Origin: Desulfobaccales bacterium
GTDB taxonomy: Bacteria > Desulfobacterota > Desulfobaccia > Desulfobaccales > 0-14-0-80-60-11
Reading direction: 5' to 3'
NCBI GenBank assembly: GCA_052139855.1
Contig: JBKQVS010000155.1
Location: forward strand, 2,183-66,182
Length of the DNA stretch: 64,000 bases
A model generated the notes under the pieces. The model saw nothing but the letters and a program-made list of their open reading frames with translations, did no database searches and was not told where the DNA came from. Positions 27,059-40,558 of this stretch are shown in pieces; within the stretch, counting starts at the first letter, position 1, and each line of letters opens with the position of its first letter. Made by a program: the position numbers and the translations under genes.

Positions 27059-27535
27059 ATGCTGACCGAAGAAAAATGCCCCAACTGCGGTAACGTCACC
27101 CGGCGGCACCGCAATCCGGTGCCCACCGTGGACATTATTATCGAGTACCGGGACCAGGGTCTGATCTTGATTGAACGGGCCAATCCGCCGCACGGCTGGG
27201 CCTTGCCCGGAGGATTCGTCGATTACGGCGAATCTCTGGAGGCCGCGGCCATACGAGAAGCCCGGGAGGAAACGGGACTTGCCGTGACCCTCCTGGGTCA
27301 GTTTCACACCTATTCTGACCCCCGGCGCGACCCCCGGCAACACACCATCACCACCGTGTTCGTGGCTCAGGGTTCGGGTACGCCCCAGGCCGCCTCCGAC
27401 ACCCGGCGCCTGGGGATCTTTCCCCCGCAGCAGTTACCCTCGATCCTGGCCTTTGACCATGGCCTTATCCTGGCGGAATATCTCAAGGTTCGCTCCCAAT
27501 GGCTGACAAAACTTAAGAAGTTACCTGAGATATAG
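27059..27535 (+). CDS. NUDIX hydrolase with N-terminal zinc-ribbon-like CxxC
   Basis: Nudix box [24 protein letters not shown]. Confidence 0.8.
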   Translation: MLTEEKCPNCGNVTRRHRNPVPTVDIIIEYRDQGLILIERANPPHGWALPGGFVDYGESLEAAAIREAREETGLAVTLLGQFHTYSDPRRDPRQHTITTVFVAQGSGTPQAASDTRRLGIFPPQQLPSILAFDHGLILAEYLKVRSQWLTKLKKLPEI

Positions 27536-28866
27536 TGGATAACCAATTATTATTCCCTTATAAAATGTATAAAATGTTCAGTACCCTGGCCGGTCTGGTG
27601 GGTTGGCCCTATTTTTTCTGGCACCTGAAATCCCGGGGCCAGGCGGAAAGCTTTCTCCCCCGCTTGGGCCTGAAGCTGCCGGAGGCCCCGCCCCCGCCGG
27701 GCTCGCCCCGCTTGTGGCTCCACGGCGTTTCCGTGGGAGAAATCCAGGCCGCCATCCCCCTGGTCGCCGAACTCCGGAACCTTCTGCCCCAAGCCGCCTT
27801 CATCATCAGCACCGGCACCGAAACCGGGCAAATGCTGGCCCGCAAACACTTTTCCCCCCAAGGCGCCCTGGTCTGCTACTTTCCTCTGGACATCCCCTGG
27901 GCCGTGAGCCGCTATCTGGACTATCTGCGCCCCCAGGTGTTCATCGGCCTGGAATCCGAGATCTGGCCGAATTTTCTCAGCCAGGCCCACCAATCCGGAG
28001 TGCGCCTGGCCCTGGTCAACGCCCGCCTCTCCGACCGTTCTTTAAGAAGGTTTCTGAGATATAGTAGATATCTATCCGGTATCTTTAACCTTTATGATGT
28101 CGTCGGCGCGGGGTCACTCCCCGATTTTCAGCGCTTTCACCGCCTGGGCATTGCCCCTTCCCGGCTGCATCTCACCGGCAACCTGAAGTACGACCGTTTG
28201 CTCCAGGGCCGGGATGAGACCCGCCTCCAAGAATTTCGCGCCTGCTTGCAGTTGACGGAAATTCCATCAGGCCATGCCCCCGGGCCGGTGTGGCTGGCGG
28301 CCTCCACCCATCCCGGCGAAGAAGAATCCGTTACCGACGCCTACCGGGAACTCCTGGGCCCCTACCCTGCTCTTACCCTCGTGCTGGCCCCCCGGCATCC
28401 CCAACGCGCCCCCGAGTTGGCCCGCCTCCTGGCCCGCCGCGGCCTTCCCAGCCAAATGTGGACCACCCTCAAGGCCGGCCGGGAGACCCGCACCCAACCG
28501 GTAGTAATCATCGATACCATCGGCGACCTCTTCACCCTGTACGGCGCCGCGGATGTCACCTTTGTGGGCGGATCCCTGGTGCCCCATGGCGGTCAGAACA
28601 TCCTGGAGCCCGCCGCCTGGGGCCGGGCGCCCATCTACGGCCCGAATATGGGAAATTTCCTCTGGGCCAAACAGATACTGGAAGAGGCCGGCGCCGGGAT
28701 CATGGCCGCCGACACCGCCGCCCTGGTCCTGGCCGTCAAAGAACTTCTGGACCACCCCCGTAAACGGCAGGATCTGGGCCGGCGGGCCCAGGCGGCCTTG
28801 ACCCCGCACCAAGGCGCCTCCCGCCGCCAGGCGGAATTGATTGCGGCACTGGTGGGAGACCAATGA
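27535..28866 (+). CDS. waaA: 3-deoxy-D-manno-octulosonic acid (Kdo) transferase
   Basis: 443 aa. LWLHGVSVGE, a typical N-terminal WaaA motif, is present, along with GGSL.PHGGQN.LEPAA in the C-terminal GT-B half. The start could be GTG 27535 or ATG 27565. Confidence 0.85.
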   Translation: MDNQLLFPYKMYKMFSTLAGLVGWPYFFWHLKSRGQAESFLPRLGLKLPEAPPPPGSPRLWLHGVSVGEIQAAIPLVAELRNLLPQAAFIISTGTETGQMLARKHFSPQGALVCYFPLDIPWAVSRYLDYLRPQVFIGLESEIWPNFLSQAHQSGVRLALVNARLSDRSLRRFLRYSRYLSGIFNLYDVVGAGSLPDFQRFHRLGIAPSRLHLTGNLKYDRLLQGRDETRLQEFRACLQLTEIPSGHAPGPVWLAASTHPGEEESVTDAYRELLGPYPALTLVLAPRHPQRAPELARLLARRGLPSQMWTTLKAGRETRTQPVVIIDTIGDLFTLYGAADVTFVGGSLVPHGGQNILEPAAWGRAPIYGPNMGNFLWAKQILEEAGAGIMAADTAALVLAVKELLDHPRKRQDLGRRAQAALTPHQGASRRQAELIAALVGDQ

Positions 28867-28961
28867 TTGCCGAGACAGGATCGGCTTATGGTACCAGGTT
28901 TCCGGGGAAAATCGCCTTCATCTGATGGCTCGGTAACCGCCGCACCGACACGCCGCTCGGG

Positions 28962-29981
28962 CTAGATGACCCGCGCCCAGGCAAAGTGCCCATGTTCACA
29001 GGCATGATAACCATCCGGGCGTCCCGCAAAAAAGCGTCCTTCGATGTCGGAGGGGCTCAGATCCTCTTGGACCCGTAAGCCCAGGCGGCCAAGGTCCGCC
29101 GCCAAAGTTGGCGGCTCAAAGCCCGTGAGCATCGGCTCCCCCACCCGCCTCACAATCTCCATCATAAATTGCACCCGTCTGGCCGCCTTATCCGGCGCAA
29201 ACGCGTCGGTATGGAGATAATCAAAGATGATGGAGCTGCCGGCCGGCGCAGCCTCGGCGATGGCGCCCAGCGTGGCCGACACCGCCTCGCGGCTGAGATA
29301 ATAGGTGACCCCCAGCCAGCTAAAAAAACTCGGGGCCTGGGGGTCATACGCTGAACGCCGGAGCGCCGCGGCCAGATTCTCCCGGTTAAAATCCACCGGT
29401 ATGAAATGCAGTTGCTCCGTGAGTTTCCGGCCCGCTTCCCGGAGGCGCCGGCGCTTGTGGGCTTGCGTGCCGGGATGATCCACCTCAAACACCTGCAGCC
29501 GCGCCACCAGATCCGGCCGCCGCAACCCAAAGGTGTCCATCCCGGCCCCGAGGATCACATATTGCTTCACCTCCTCCTGCCTAACCGCCTTTTCCAAGAG
29601 GTCTTCCGTATACCTGGCCCGGCTGAAGACAATGGCGGGGGCGGCCCCCATCTGCATCCAGCATGCCAGGGCCTCGGCTCGATCCGGGATCGAGGCGGCC
29701 CGGGCCGAATCAAAAAGCTGGAAGGCCCTGAGGTGGCGCTCTTCGCTGGCCTGGCGCTCTTCCGCCGTGATCAGGTGATCTGCCAGGAAGTCATCGAAGA
29801 TTTTGGGGTGGTCGTGGGCGGCGTGGTAAGCGCGCATAAAAGCCGTGCCCATGGCGGTTAGACTCACCTGATTGGCTTCCAATCCCCCTCCCCTCCCTGC
29901 TGCCGCATTTCCCCGGCGCAGTCCGGCGGCTCTCTCGCCGGCTAAAAGCCGGTCCTTCTCACTACTGTCATGATAGCACAA
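28962..29981 (-). CDS. Class I SAM-dependent methyltransferase (leucine carboxyl / O-methyltransferase TIGR00027-like)
   Basis: SLTAMGTAFMRAYHA, VILGAGMDTFGLR and FEVDHP motifs are present. The N-terminal ~40 aa are low-complexity, so the start is uncertain. Confidence 0.7.
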   Translation of the reverse strand: MCYHDSSEKDRLLAGERAAGLRRGNAAAGRGGGLEANQVSLTAMGTAFMRAYHAAHDHPKIFDDFLADHLITAEERQASEERHLRAFQLFDSARAASIPDRAEALACWMQMGAAPAIVFSRARYTEDLLEKAVRQEEVKQYVILGAGMDTFGLRRPDLVARLQVFEVDHPGTQAHKRRRLREAGRKLTEQLHFIPVDFNRENLAAALRRSAYDPQAPSFFSWLGVTYYLSREAVSATLGAIAEAAPAGSSIIFDYLHTDAFAPDKAARRVQFMMEIVRRVGEPMLTGFEPPTLAADLGRLGLRVQEDLSPSDIEGRFFAGRPDGYHACEHGHFAWARVI

Positions 29982-30102
29982 ATTTCTCTTAAGAGAGCCG
30001 GTCTGGCCTTGGCCATCAGATTACTTCTCCGGCATGAAGCTCAAAACTTTCGGACGGTCGACTCCCGCTTTTGGCAACCCAGGCTAAACCCTTGGTTCCC
30101 CT

Positions 30103-30143
30103 CCGATCGCCCCGCCACCGGCGTTAGAGGCGGTCGGTTTTTT
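30103..30143 (+). terminator. Orphan intrinsic terminator-like hairpin (CCGATCGCC...GGCGGTCGG + TTTTTT)
   Basis: 9-bp stem (one G-U pair) with a 17-nt loop, followed by T6. No plus-strand CDS lies upstream. It sits 200 nt before carA, and an AT-rich block follows it. Confidence 0.5.
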
Positions 30144-30342
30144 GCTTTCCTTAACTAATTGATTTAATTAATTAATTATGGCTTGGTTCCTCTCCCGGCT
30201 GGCGCATCGGCCTGAAGCCCCTCATCTAGCCCCGCCGTGGGGCGCAATATTTGAAACCTCAAATACAAAACACAAAAAATAACCGCGACCGGCCCTGGCT
30301 ATGGTATATTTTAAGGAAAATCAGGGAAGGTAGAGGTAGACT

Positions 30343-31470
30343 TTGAAAGCGTTACTGGCTTTGGAAGATGGTTTGGTTTTATGGGGGCGCTCTTTCACCG
30401 GCGCCGGCGAGTGTGCAGGCGAAGTGGTGTTCAACACCGCCATGACCGGTTATCAGGAGGTCCTCACCGACCCGTCCTACAAAGGCCAGATCGTCACCAT
30501 GACCTATCCCCTCATGGGCAATTATGGGGTCAACCTTGAGGACCTGGAATCCCGTGGGGTCCAGGTGGAAGGGTTTATTGTCAAGGAGTACCACCCCTAC
30601 CCTTCCAATTGGCGCTCCCAAGGCAACCTGGCCGATTACCTCAAGGCCGCCGGCAAACTGGGCGTGGAAGGCCTCGATACCCGCGCCGTTACCAAGCGCC
30701 TGCGCGAAGTGGGCGCCATGCGGGGCATCATCTCGACCCTCGACCTGGACCCCGCTTCCCTGGTGCGCCGGGCCCGGGAACTCCCCAGCATGGAGGGCCA
30801 GGACCTTGTGCCCCTGGTGACCTGTTCCCAGCCTTACTGGTGGCCCGAGTTTCCCGTTGAGGGCCGCGCCCCCGCCGATCTGGCCGCCCTGTGGGCCCAA
30901 AAGTCCGGCACCAAGGTTATCCTTTACGACTATGGGGTAAAGTTCAATATTATCAGGAGCTTGAAAGACCGAGGTCTGGAAGTCCTGGTGGTCCCGGCCA
31001 CCACTCCGGCCGCCGCGCTCCTGGCGCTCAAGCCCCATGGCATCGTCCTGAGCAACGGTCCCGGAGACCCCGCCGCGGTCACCTACGCCATCGACAACGT
31101 CCGCCAGTGTCTCGGCTCCCAGCCCATGTTCGGCATCTGCCTGGGACACCAACTCATGGGGCTGGCCTTAGGGGGCCGAACCTTCAAGCTCAAATTTGGG
31201 CACCGGGGCGCCAACCAGCCGGTTAAAAATAAACTCTCCGGCCGGGTGGAGATCACTTCCCAGAATCACGGCTTTGCCGTGGATCTGGAATCCATCCCTG
31301 ACCCGGCGGTGGAGCTGACCCATGTCAACCTCAACGACGGCACTCTGGAGGGGCTGCGCCACGCTAAACTCCGGGCCTTCTCGGTGCAATACCACCCCGA
31401 GGCCTCCCCGGGCCCCCATGATGCCGATTATCTGTTTGAGGAATTCTTGAATATGGTGGAGACATACTGA
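30343..31470 (+). CDS. carA: Carbamoyl-phosphate synthase small (glutaminase) subunit
   Basis: 375 aa with TTG start. The catalytic Cys context is GICLGHQL, and the C-terminus contains [10 protein letters not shown]. Confidence 0.9.
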   Translation: MKALLALEDGLVLWGRSFTGAGECAGEVVFNTAMTGYQEVLTDPSYKGQIVTMTYPLMGNYGVNLEDLESRGVQVEGFIVKEYHPYPSNWRSQGNLADYLKAAGKLGVEGLDTRAVTKRLREVGAMRGIISTLDLDPASLVRRARELPSMEGQDLVPLVTCSQPYWWPEFPVEGRAPADLAALWAQKSGTKVILYDYGVKFNIIRSLKDRGLEVLVVPATTPAAALLALKPHGIVLSNGPGDPAAVTYAIDNVRQCLGSQPMFGICLGHQLMGLALGGRTFKLKFGHRGANQPVKNKLSGRVEITSQNHGFAVDLESIPDPAVELTHVNLNDGTLEGLRHAKLRAFSVQYHPEASPGPHDADYLFEEFLNMVETY

Positions 31471-31510
31471 GCCGGCCGGTAAGCCGATTTGCTCATCACC
31501 GGCTCCACTG

Positions 31511-31831
31511 ATGGTTTTTCGGTTGTCTGGACCACTGCCGTGCCGGGGCGCGCTGTCTGGATGGAAAGTCCCCTCGCTGTCATCGCCACGACCTCCTGTG
31601 GCCTACCACGGTTCCTGGAACCGCACCGTGCCCACAGGCTATAAGGTCGTGGGCTATAAGCTGGATGCCGCCGGCAATTTCCTGGACGTGGAGGACTTCA
31701 TCACCGGCTGGCTGACCCCGGCAGGTGCCCTGGGCCGCCCGGTGGACATCCTGATCAAGGACGAGGGGGTGATTTTTATTTCTGGCGATAAGGCGGGAGT
31801 GGTGTATCGGGTGGTCTATGGGAAGATGTAG
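31511..31831 (+). pseudogene. Remnant of a PQQ-dependent sugar (glucose/sorbosone) dehydrogenase: C-terminal ~85 codons only
   Basis: AYHGSWNRTVPTGYKVVGYKL...GRPVDILIKDEGVIFISGDKAGVVYRVVY matches the conserved C-terminal blade of the GSDH beta-propeller family. The ~300 residues expected upstream are absent, because carA ends only 40 nt before. Confidence 0.55.
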
Positions 31832-31969
31832 GTTGGACCGGCATGAACCATATCTTGTTGGAGCCCAAGGCTTGATTCATTTTTGCACTCAGAATGGCCG
31901 ATATTTAACCTGACTCGGTTGGAGAACGTCACCGGCCAGACGCCGGTGCCATCAAAAGGAGGGGATGTC

Positions 31970-32755
31970 ATGCGGCAAAAAATCCGGTTATGCGTGATGA
32001 TTCTGACATTAGCGCTGTTCGTGCTGCCCTTAACCGCGCAGGCCTCCGCAGTAGGCCACTTCAGCCTGGTGACGGGCGAGGTGGATGTGCTCAAACAGGG
32101 CAAGCTCCCCGCTGTCCCCGCCAAACTCCAGGACGGCGTGGAGATCGGTGACGTCGTCCGCACCAAGAGCAAGGCCAAGGCCCAGCTGACCATGGTGGAC
32201 GACTCCGTCATCACCCTGGCGCCGGATTCTCGCCTGGCCATCGCCGACTATCAATACAATTCCGCCTCCCAGGAGCGCCGGGCGGTAGTGCGCGCCTTCC
32301 AGGGTCTGGTGCACACCGTGGTTAACCGCATTATCAAGACCGAGGAGCCGGATTTTATCATGGAGACCCACACCGCCACCATCGGGGTCCGAGGCACCGA
32401 CTTTTATAACCTCGAGGGCCCCAATTTCTCCCTTGTGGCCCTGCGCAATGGTTCTTTGGCGGTAAATGGTGTCATTTTACATTCCATGCAATTTATCCAT
32501 GCGCCCAAACCCCTCGTGCCCCAGACTCTGACTCCGGAAATTCTCAGGATGCTTGAACAGATGATGGACACGGGGATATCCGGCGGCGGCCTTAATCTCG
32601 GCGGGCTGAGCTCCGGTAAGGGCAGCCAATTTCAATCTCCCGTTAACCCGCTGTTGAGCCCGGACCAGAAACTCTTAATGCAAACGATTCCCCCGGTGCT
32701 CTTGCCCCAGCAACAACAGCCGGCTCCGGTTCATACGCAACCGTTTGGCACCTAA
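31970..32755 (+). CDS. Secreted FecR-domain protein
   Basis: Start at MRQKIRL (ATG 31970, AAAGGAGGGG Shine-Dalgarno), with a signal peptide. The FecR-like region is VGHFSLVTGEVDVLKQGK...GDVVRTKSKAKAQLTMVDDSVITLAPDSRLAI. Confidence 0.6.
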   Translation: MRQKIRLCVMILTLALFVLPLTAQASAVGHFSLVTGEVDVLKQGKLPAVPAKLQDGVEIGDVVRTKSKAKAQLTMVDDSVITLAPDSRLAIADYQYNSASQERRAVVRAFQGLVHTVVNRIIKTEEPDFIMETHTATIGVRGTDFYNLEGPNFSLVALRNGSLAVNGVILHSMQFIHAPKPLVPQTLTPEILRMLEQMMDTGISGGGLNLGGLSSGKGSQFQSPVNPLLSPDQKLLMQTIPPVLLPQQQQPAPVHTQPFGT

Positions 32756-33065
32756 GCTCAACCGGCTGACCCTGCTCTCGTTGGCCGCATGCGGTTATAG
32801 CACTGCTTGTCGATCTCGGACGCGGGCCGCGACCTGCGCCCGCGCCCGGGACTGGCAAAAATCTACTGGCCTTGATAGGCGCAAAAGCATATTATTGATA
32901 GGGTTTCTTTCAGGCGCTCCACCTGCCGGGCCATCTCACCGGCCCCAGCCGGCAAATCTCAATACACCCGCATAACTGCGCCGTTAGAGTTACGGGTAAG
33001 GGAAAGGAAAATCAGGGTAGGCCGGGATATCCGTCTCAGCCGCCGCCCCGATCATCAAGTAAAAA

Positions 33066-36356
<3,291 letters not shown>

Positions 36357-36491
36357 ACCAGGTCAACCATGTATCCGCAGGCTTTAGCCGGCGTCCAAGA
36401 ACTGGTAGAATAGGCGTCACACCTGTGTTTCGAAGAAGATATTTTTGATAGCTATCATAAATATACATTTAAACACAAGGGGAGAAAATCT

Positions 36492-38081
36492 ATGACAACT
36501 GGAGATATTGCTCCTTCATCTTTAAAAATTGATAAATTAATGCGGAGAATTGAAGATGGAGATATTAAAATCCCTGCCTTCCAAAGAGGTTATGTCTGGA
36601 ACCAACAACAGGTAATAGATATTTTAGATAGTATCTATAATGATTATCCTATTGGGAGCATACTACTGTGGAATTAAAACGAAAGGCTAAAATCTACTAG
36701 AAATATTGGGGGCTTTTTAATACCTGAAAAAGAGCCGGAATATCCAGTAAGTTATGTTCTTGATGGACAGCAGAGGTTATCATCAATTTATGCTGTTTTT
36801 TGCCAAAACAGGGAGCAAGCTCCTGATAATCAAAAATATAATTTAGATATTAATATATTTGATATTTATTTTGATTTCGACGATGAAAAGTTCATCTCAA
36901 AAGATGATATAATTGAAGATCATATATGCTTTAATATAGATTCTCTATTGTTTACCGATAAATTTATTAAGGAATATAATAAATTACCTGAAAAATATCG
37001 CAAAGAGGCTGAAAACCTTAATTCAAAATTCATCAATTATGAAATTCCAATCGTAACTATTTCAAAAAAAAGTAAAAATGATGTGGGTGTTATTTTTGAA
37101 AGAATAAACAACACCGGTACTAAACTTACTCCATTAGACTTATTGGTTGCTTGGACCTGGAGCGATGATTTTCATTTAAGAGAAAAGATTGACGAGATAT
37201 TACAAATACTTGAATTAAAAAGTTTTGGGGACACCCCTGATAAAATTGTTTTGCAATGCTTAGGAGCTATAATCAAAAAGACAACGACCACGAAGGTTAT
37301 CCTTAGCCTAGCCCCGGAAGCAGTTAAGGAAAGGATCGATCAATTAAAATCAAGCTTAGAGAAAACAATTGACTATTTATCCACAGAATTAAAAGTAAAA
37401 TCTAGAGACTTTCTGCCCCACTCTCACCAGATGGTCCCTTTGGCCTATTTTTTCTCAAAAATAAATCATCCTAGTAACGAACAAAGCGCTATTTTAAAGC
37501 AATGGTTCTGGAAAACATCATTTTCTAAGAGGTATGCTGGATCAACTGATAAAAAGATGAATGATGACATTATGTTTATTGATAATATCATATCAGGAGA
37601 TTATTCTGATATAGTCAAATACTCACATTCTATAAATAAAGAAATTTTGATTAATCAGCAGTTCAGCAAAAGTAGCCCTTATACCCGTGCATTCTTATTA
37701 TTACTAGCACAAAAAAAACCCCTAAATATTGCTAATGGAAATAAAATAGATTTAGGTAAAGCATTATCTAAATATAATTTAAAAGAATATCATCATATAT
37801 TCCCAAAATCATTTTTAAGAGATAATAAATATGGAACTGATATGATAAACTCATTGTGTAATTTTACATTTCTACCTTCTTCTTCTAATAAATTTATATC
37901 AAATAAGGCACCATCAGAATATATATTAGAAATTACTCCTAAAGATAAATTAGATATAATTCTTAATTCTAATTTGATGCCGCCAGATAACGACATTTAT
38001 GAGAAGAATTCGTACAAAGATTTCTTGGAAAATCGTGCAGAATTAATAATACAATACATAGAGACTATATCTAACCAATGA
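36492..38081 (+). pseudogene. DUF262 (ParB-like NTPase) + DUF1524 (His-Me/HNH nuclease) protein, GmrSD-like type IV restriction family, interrupted by one in-frame TAA (36675-36677)
   Basis: ORFs 36492..36677 and 36948..38081 are in the same frame, and no other stop lies between them. The N-terminal part has IPAFQRGYVW...YPIGSILLWN-stop-NERL...YVLDGQQRLSSIY (DGQQR motif). The C-terminal part has YHHIFPKSFL...NFTFLPSSSNKFISNK. The region is strongly AT-rich. Confidence 0.75.
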
Positions 38082-38419
38082 GACATATAGGGTGCACACT
38101 TACCGCCATCAAAACGCGGTGCTACAGGTTTGCTCTCTCTATACTGGAACTATCCATTTACGGAAAAACCTGCTATCCTTAAGTTAGGCATAACCTTGTT
38201 AAGTCAATGTAGGGTGCGCCCTGCATACCATTAATGGCGGGCCGTCCCCGCCCCACCGTGAATGATTTCTCTAGGGTGGCCCCGGCCCACCACCCACCGC
38301 CCCGAGGCCGATACCGCGTTTTTCTTGTCAGGTTATATTAGACTTCTGAGCCAAAATAGCTTACTCTAGAAAATATCACGACCAGAGAAAGCCACTGCAT
38401 TGACTGACCCGATTGACCT

Positions 38420-39955
38420 ATGAAGAACACCCAAAACCCGGAGCCCAAAACCGAAAACCCGCCCATCATCCTCCCGGATGATCGGCCCAGAGAACACTGC
38501 GGCGTCTTCGGCATCTACGGCCACCCCGACGCGGCCCGCATCACCTACTTCGGCCTCTACGCCCTCCAGCACCGCGGCCAGGAGTCCTGCGGCATCGTCG
38601 CCGGCGACGGCAAGCGGGTCACCATGCACCGGGGCCTGGGGCTGGTACCCGAGGTCTTCAACCCGGAACTCCTGGATCAGCTTCCGGGCCATCTGGCCAT
38701 CGGCCACGTGCGCTATTCCACTACCGGCTCCACCATGCTCATCAACGCCCAGCCCTTCGTGGTGCAGCACGGCGGCCAGATGATCGCCATCGGCCACAAC
38801 GGCACCCTCACCAATGCCCGGGAAATCCGCTGCCGCCTCGAGGCCGCCGGCTCCATCTTCCAATCCACCATGGACACCGAAATCATCGTTCACCTCATGG
38901 CCCGGCACCCCGGCGCCGACCTGAAGGAGTCCCTGGTAAATGCTCTGGAGCACGTCAAAGGCTCCTATTCCCTGGTGATCTCCACCGCCGATCAGGTCAT
39001 CGCCGCCCGGGACCCTTACGGCTTCCGGCCCCTCTGCCTGGGCCAGTTGAACGGCTCCTGGGTGGTGGCCTCCGAGACCTGCGCCCTGGACCTGATCCAG
39101 GCCGATTACTGGCGTGACGTGGAGCCCGGCGAAATCGTGGTCATGGACAAAAACGGCCTGCATTCCCAAAAGCCTTTTGCGCCGGCGCCGCGCCGTTTCT
39201 GCATCTTCGAATACGTCTATTTCGCCCGGCCCGACAGCCTGGTCTATGGCCAGAGCGTCTATCTGGTGCGCAAGCGCCTGGGCGCCGCCCTGGCCCTGGA
39301 ACACCCCCTCACCGCCGACCTGGTCATGCCCTTCCCCGACTCCGGCACTTACGCCGCCCTGGGCTACGCCGCGGCCACCGGCTTCCCCTTCGAAATGGGG
39401 GTGATCCGCAATCACTACGTTGGCCGCACCTTTATCCAGCCTTCCCAGAGCATGCGGGACTTCTCCGTCCGCATCAAACTCAACCCGGTCCGGGACATTC
39501 TCAAAGGCCAACGCGTGGTGGTCATCGAAGACTCCATCATCCGGGGCACCACTACCCGCTCCCGGGTCAAGTCCCTGCGGGAAGCCGGCGCCAAGGAAGT
39601 GAGCATGCTGGTAAGCTGCCCGCCCCACCGCTTCCCATGCTACTACGGCATCGATTTTTCCAGCAAAGGCGAACTCATCGCCTCCCAGCAGGAAATCGGC
39701 CAGATCCGCGACTTCCTGGGCCTGGATTACCTGGGCTACCTGAGCCTCGAGGGCCTGGTGGAGGCCACCCAGTTAAACCATAGCGACTTCTGCCTCTCCT
39801 GCTTTTCCGGCGACTACCCCGTCCCCCTGGAGTCCGACTTCTCCAAGACCTGCTTCGAAGACGAGGTCTGCTCCCCCTCCCACGGCGAGTCCCTCCTGCC
39901 CCCGGTCTGCGGCATCGGGGGAAAAGCCAAAGCGGCGAAACGGCGAAAAGGGTAA
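38420..39955 (+). CDS. purF: Amidophosphoribosyltransferase (glutamine PRPP amidotransferase), [4Fe-4S] type with N-terminal propeptide
   Basis: 511 aa. The Ntn nucleophile is in REHCGVFGIYGH. The PRTase motif VVVIEDSIIRGTT and the cluster cysteines (CPPHRFPCYYGID; CLSCFSG) are present. The predicted propeptide is unusually long at 26 aa and contains a heptad-repeat translation. Confidence 0.9.
   Translation: MKNTQNPEPKTENPPIILPDDRPREHCGVFGIYGHPDAARITYFGLYALQHRGQESCGIVAGDGKRVTMHRGLGLVPEVFNPELLDQLPGHLAIGHVRYSTTGSTMLINAQPFVVQHGGQMIAIGHNGTLTNAREIRCRLEAAGSIFQSTMDTEIIVHLMARHPGADLKESLVNALEHVKGSYSLVISTADQVIAARDPYGFRPLCLGQLNGSWVVASETCALDLIQADYWRDVEPGEIVVMDKNGLHSQKPFAPAPRRFCIFEYVYFARPDSLVYGQSVYLVRKRLGAALALEHPLTADLVMPFPDSGTYAALGYAAATGFPFEMGVIRNHYVGRTFIQPSQSMRDFSVRIKLNPVRDILKGQRVVVIEDSIIRGTTTRSRVKSLREAGAKEVSMLVSCPPHRFPCYYGIDFSSKGELIASQQEIGQIRDFLGLDYLGYLSLEGLVEATQLNHSDFCLSCFSGDYPVPLESDFSKTCFEDEVCSPSHGESLLPPVCGIGGKAKAAKRRKG
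38427..38461 (+). repeat. Heptanucleotide tandem repeat (ACACCCA AAACCCG GAGCCCA AAACCGA AAACCCG)
   Basis: Five heptads starting 7 nt after the purF ATG, translated as TQNPEPKTENP. The 24-nt core ACCCAAAACCCGGARCCCAAAACC is shared with 15494-15517. Confidence 0.8.
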
Positions 39956-40162
39956 CAATATTTGTAGGAAACCCGACGAGGTTTTGCCATAGACAGGCCC
40001 CCTCCCCTGCTTCCCGCCATCACCGCGACTCTGCTGCGCCGGCTTTACGCTGGCCCGCTTCCCTGCCTTTCCTCATCTAAAGACTTGAAATTTACCGCAG
40101 GTTTAGTATGATGGCCGTAATTACCATGAATTTTACGGCAGTTAGCCGGACAGGAGAATCCG

Positions 40163-40375
40163 ATGCCTGAATGCGCCTGCGGTTGCGGAGAGCCGACCAA
40201 GAAGGGGAAATATCTTCAGGGTCATGATCAGAAACTGCGCAAACAGTTGGAGGAAAAGGTGGGGAGCCTCCCCCTCCTTGCCTCCCTGGTGAAGGTGACC
40301 CAAACCTACGCCCAGGACCGCATGAGCACGGAAGACCTGGGCCGCCTGGTCAAACGGATTTACCAAAAGGATTAA
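40163..40375 (+). CDS. Small hypothetical protein (N-terminal CxCxC cluster)
   Basis: 70 aa, with a GGAGAA Shine-Dalgarno-like sequence upstream. A good intrinsic terminator directly downstream supports expression. Confidence 0.4.
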   Translation: MPECACGCGEPTKKGKYLQGHDQKLRKQLEEKVGSLPLLASLVKVTQTYAQDRMSTEDLGRLVKRIYQKD

Positions 40376-40385
40376 CCGCGGCGGG

Positions 40386-40415
40386 GCGGCGACCCACGGG
40401 GGTTGCCGCTTTTTC
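40386..40415 (+). terminator. Rho-independent terminator
   Basis: GCGGCGACCC-acg-GGGGTTGCCGC stem followed by TTTTT. Confidence 0.6.
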
Positions 40416-40558
40416 CCGGTTAGAGGCCTTGCCGAAGGTTCCTGCCTTTATTCCCTTCTCCCCTTCGCCGGAGAGGAGCAGGGGGAGGGTTGAGTAAACC
40501 TATTTTTTGGCAAGCCATATAGCCGTTATCGTCTGGTGACCTGCCCTACCCTCCCGCC

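Noticed and set aside
30121-30131. PyrR-binding-loop-like sequence (UUAGAGG) upstream of carA.
   Set aside because: It matches only 5 nt of the ARUCCAGAGAGGYU consensus. It also sits in the terminator loop rather than in an anti-antiterminator.
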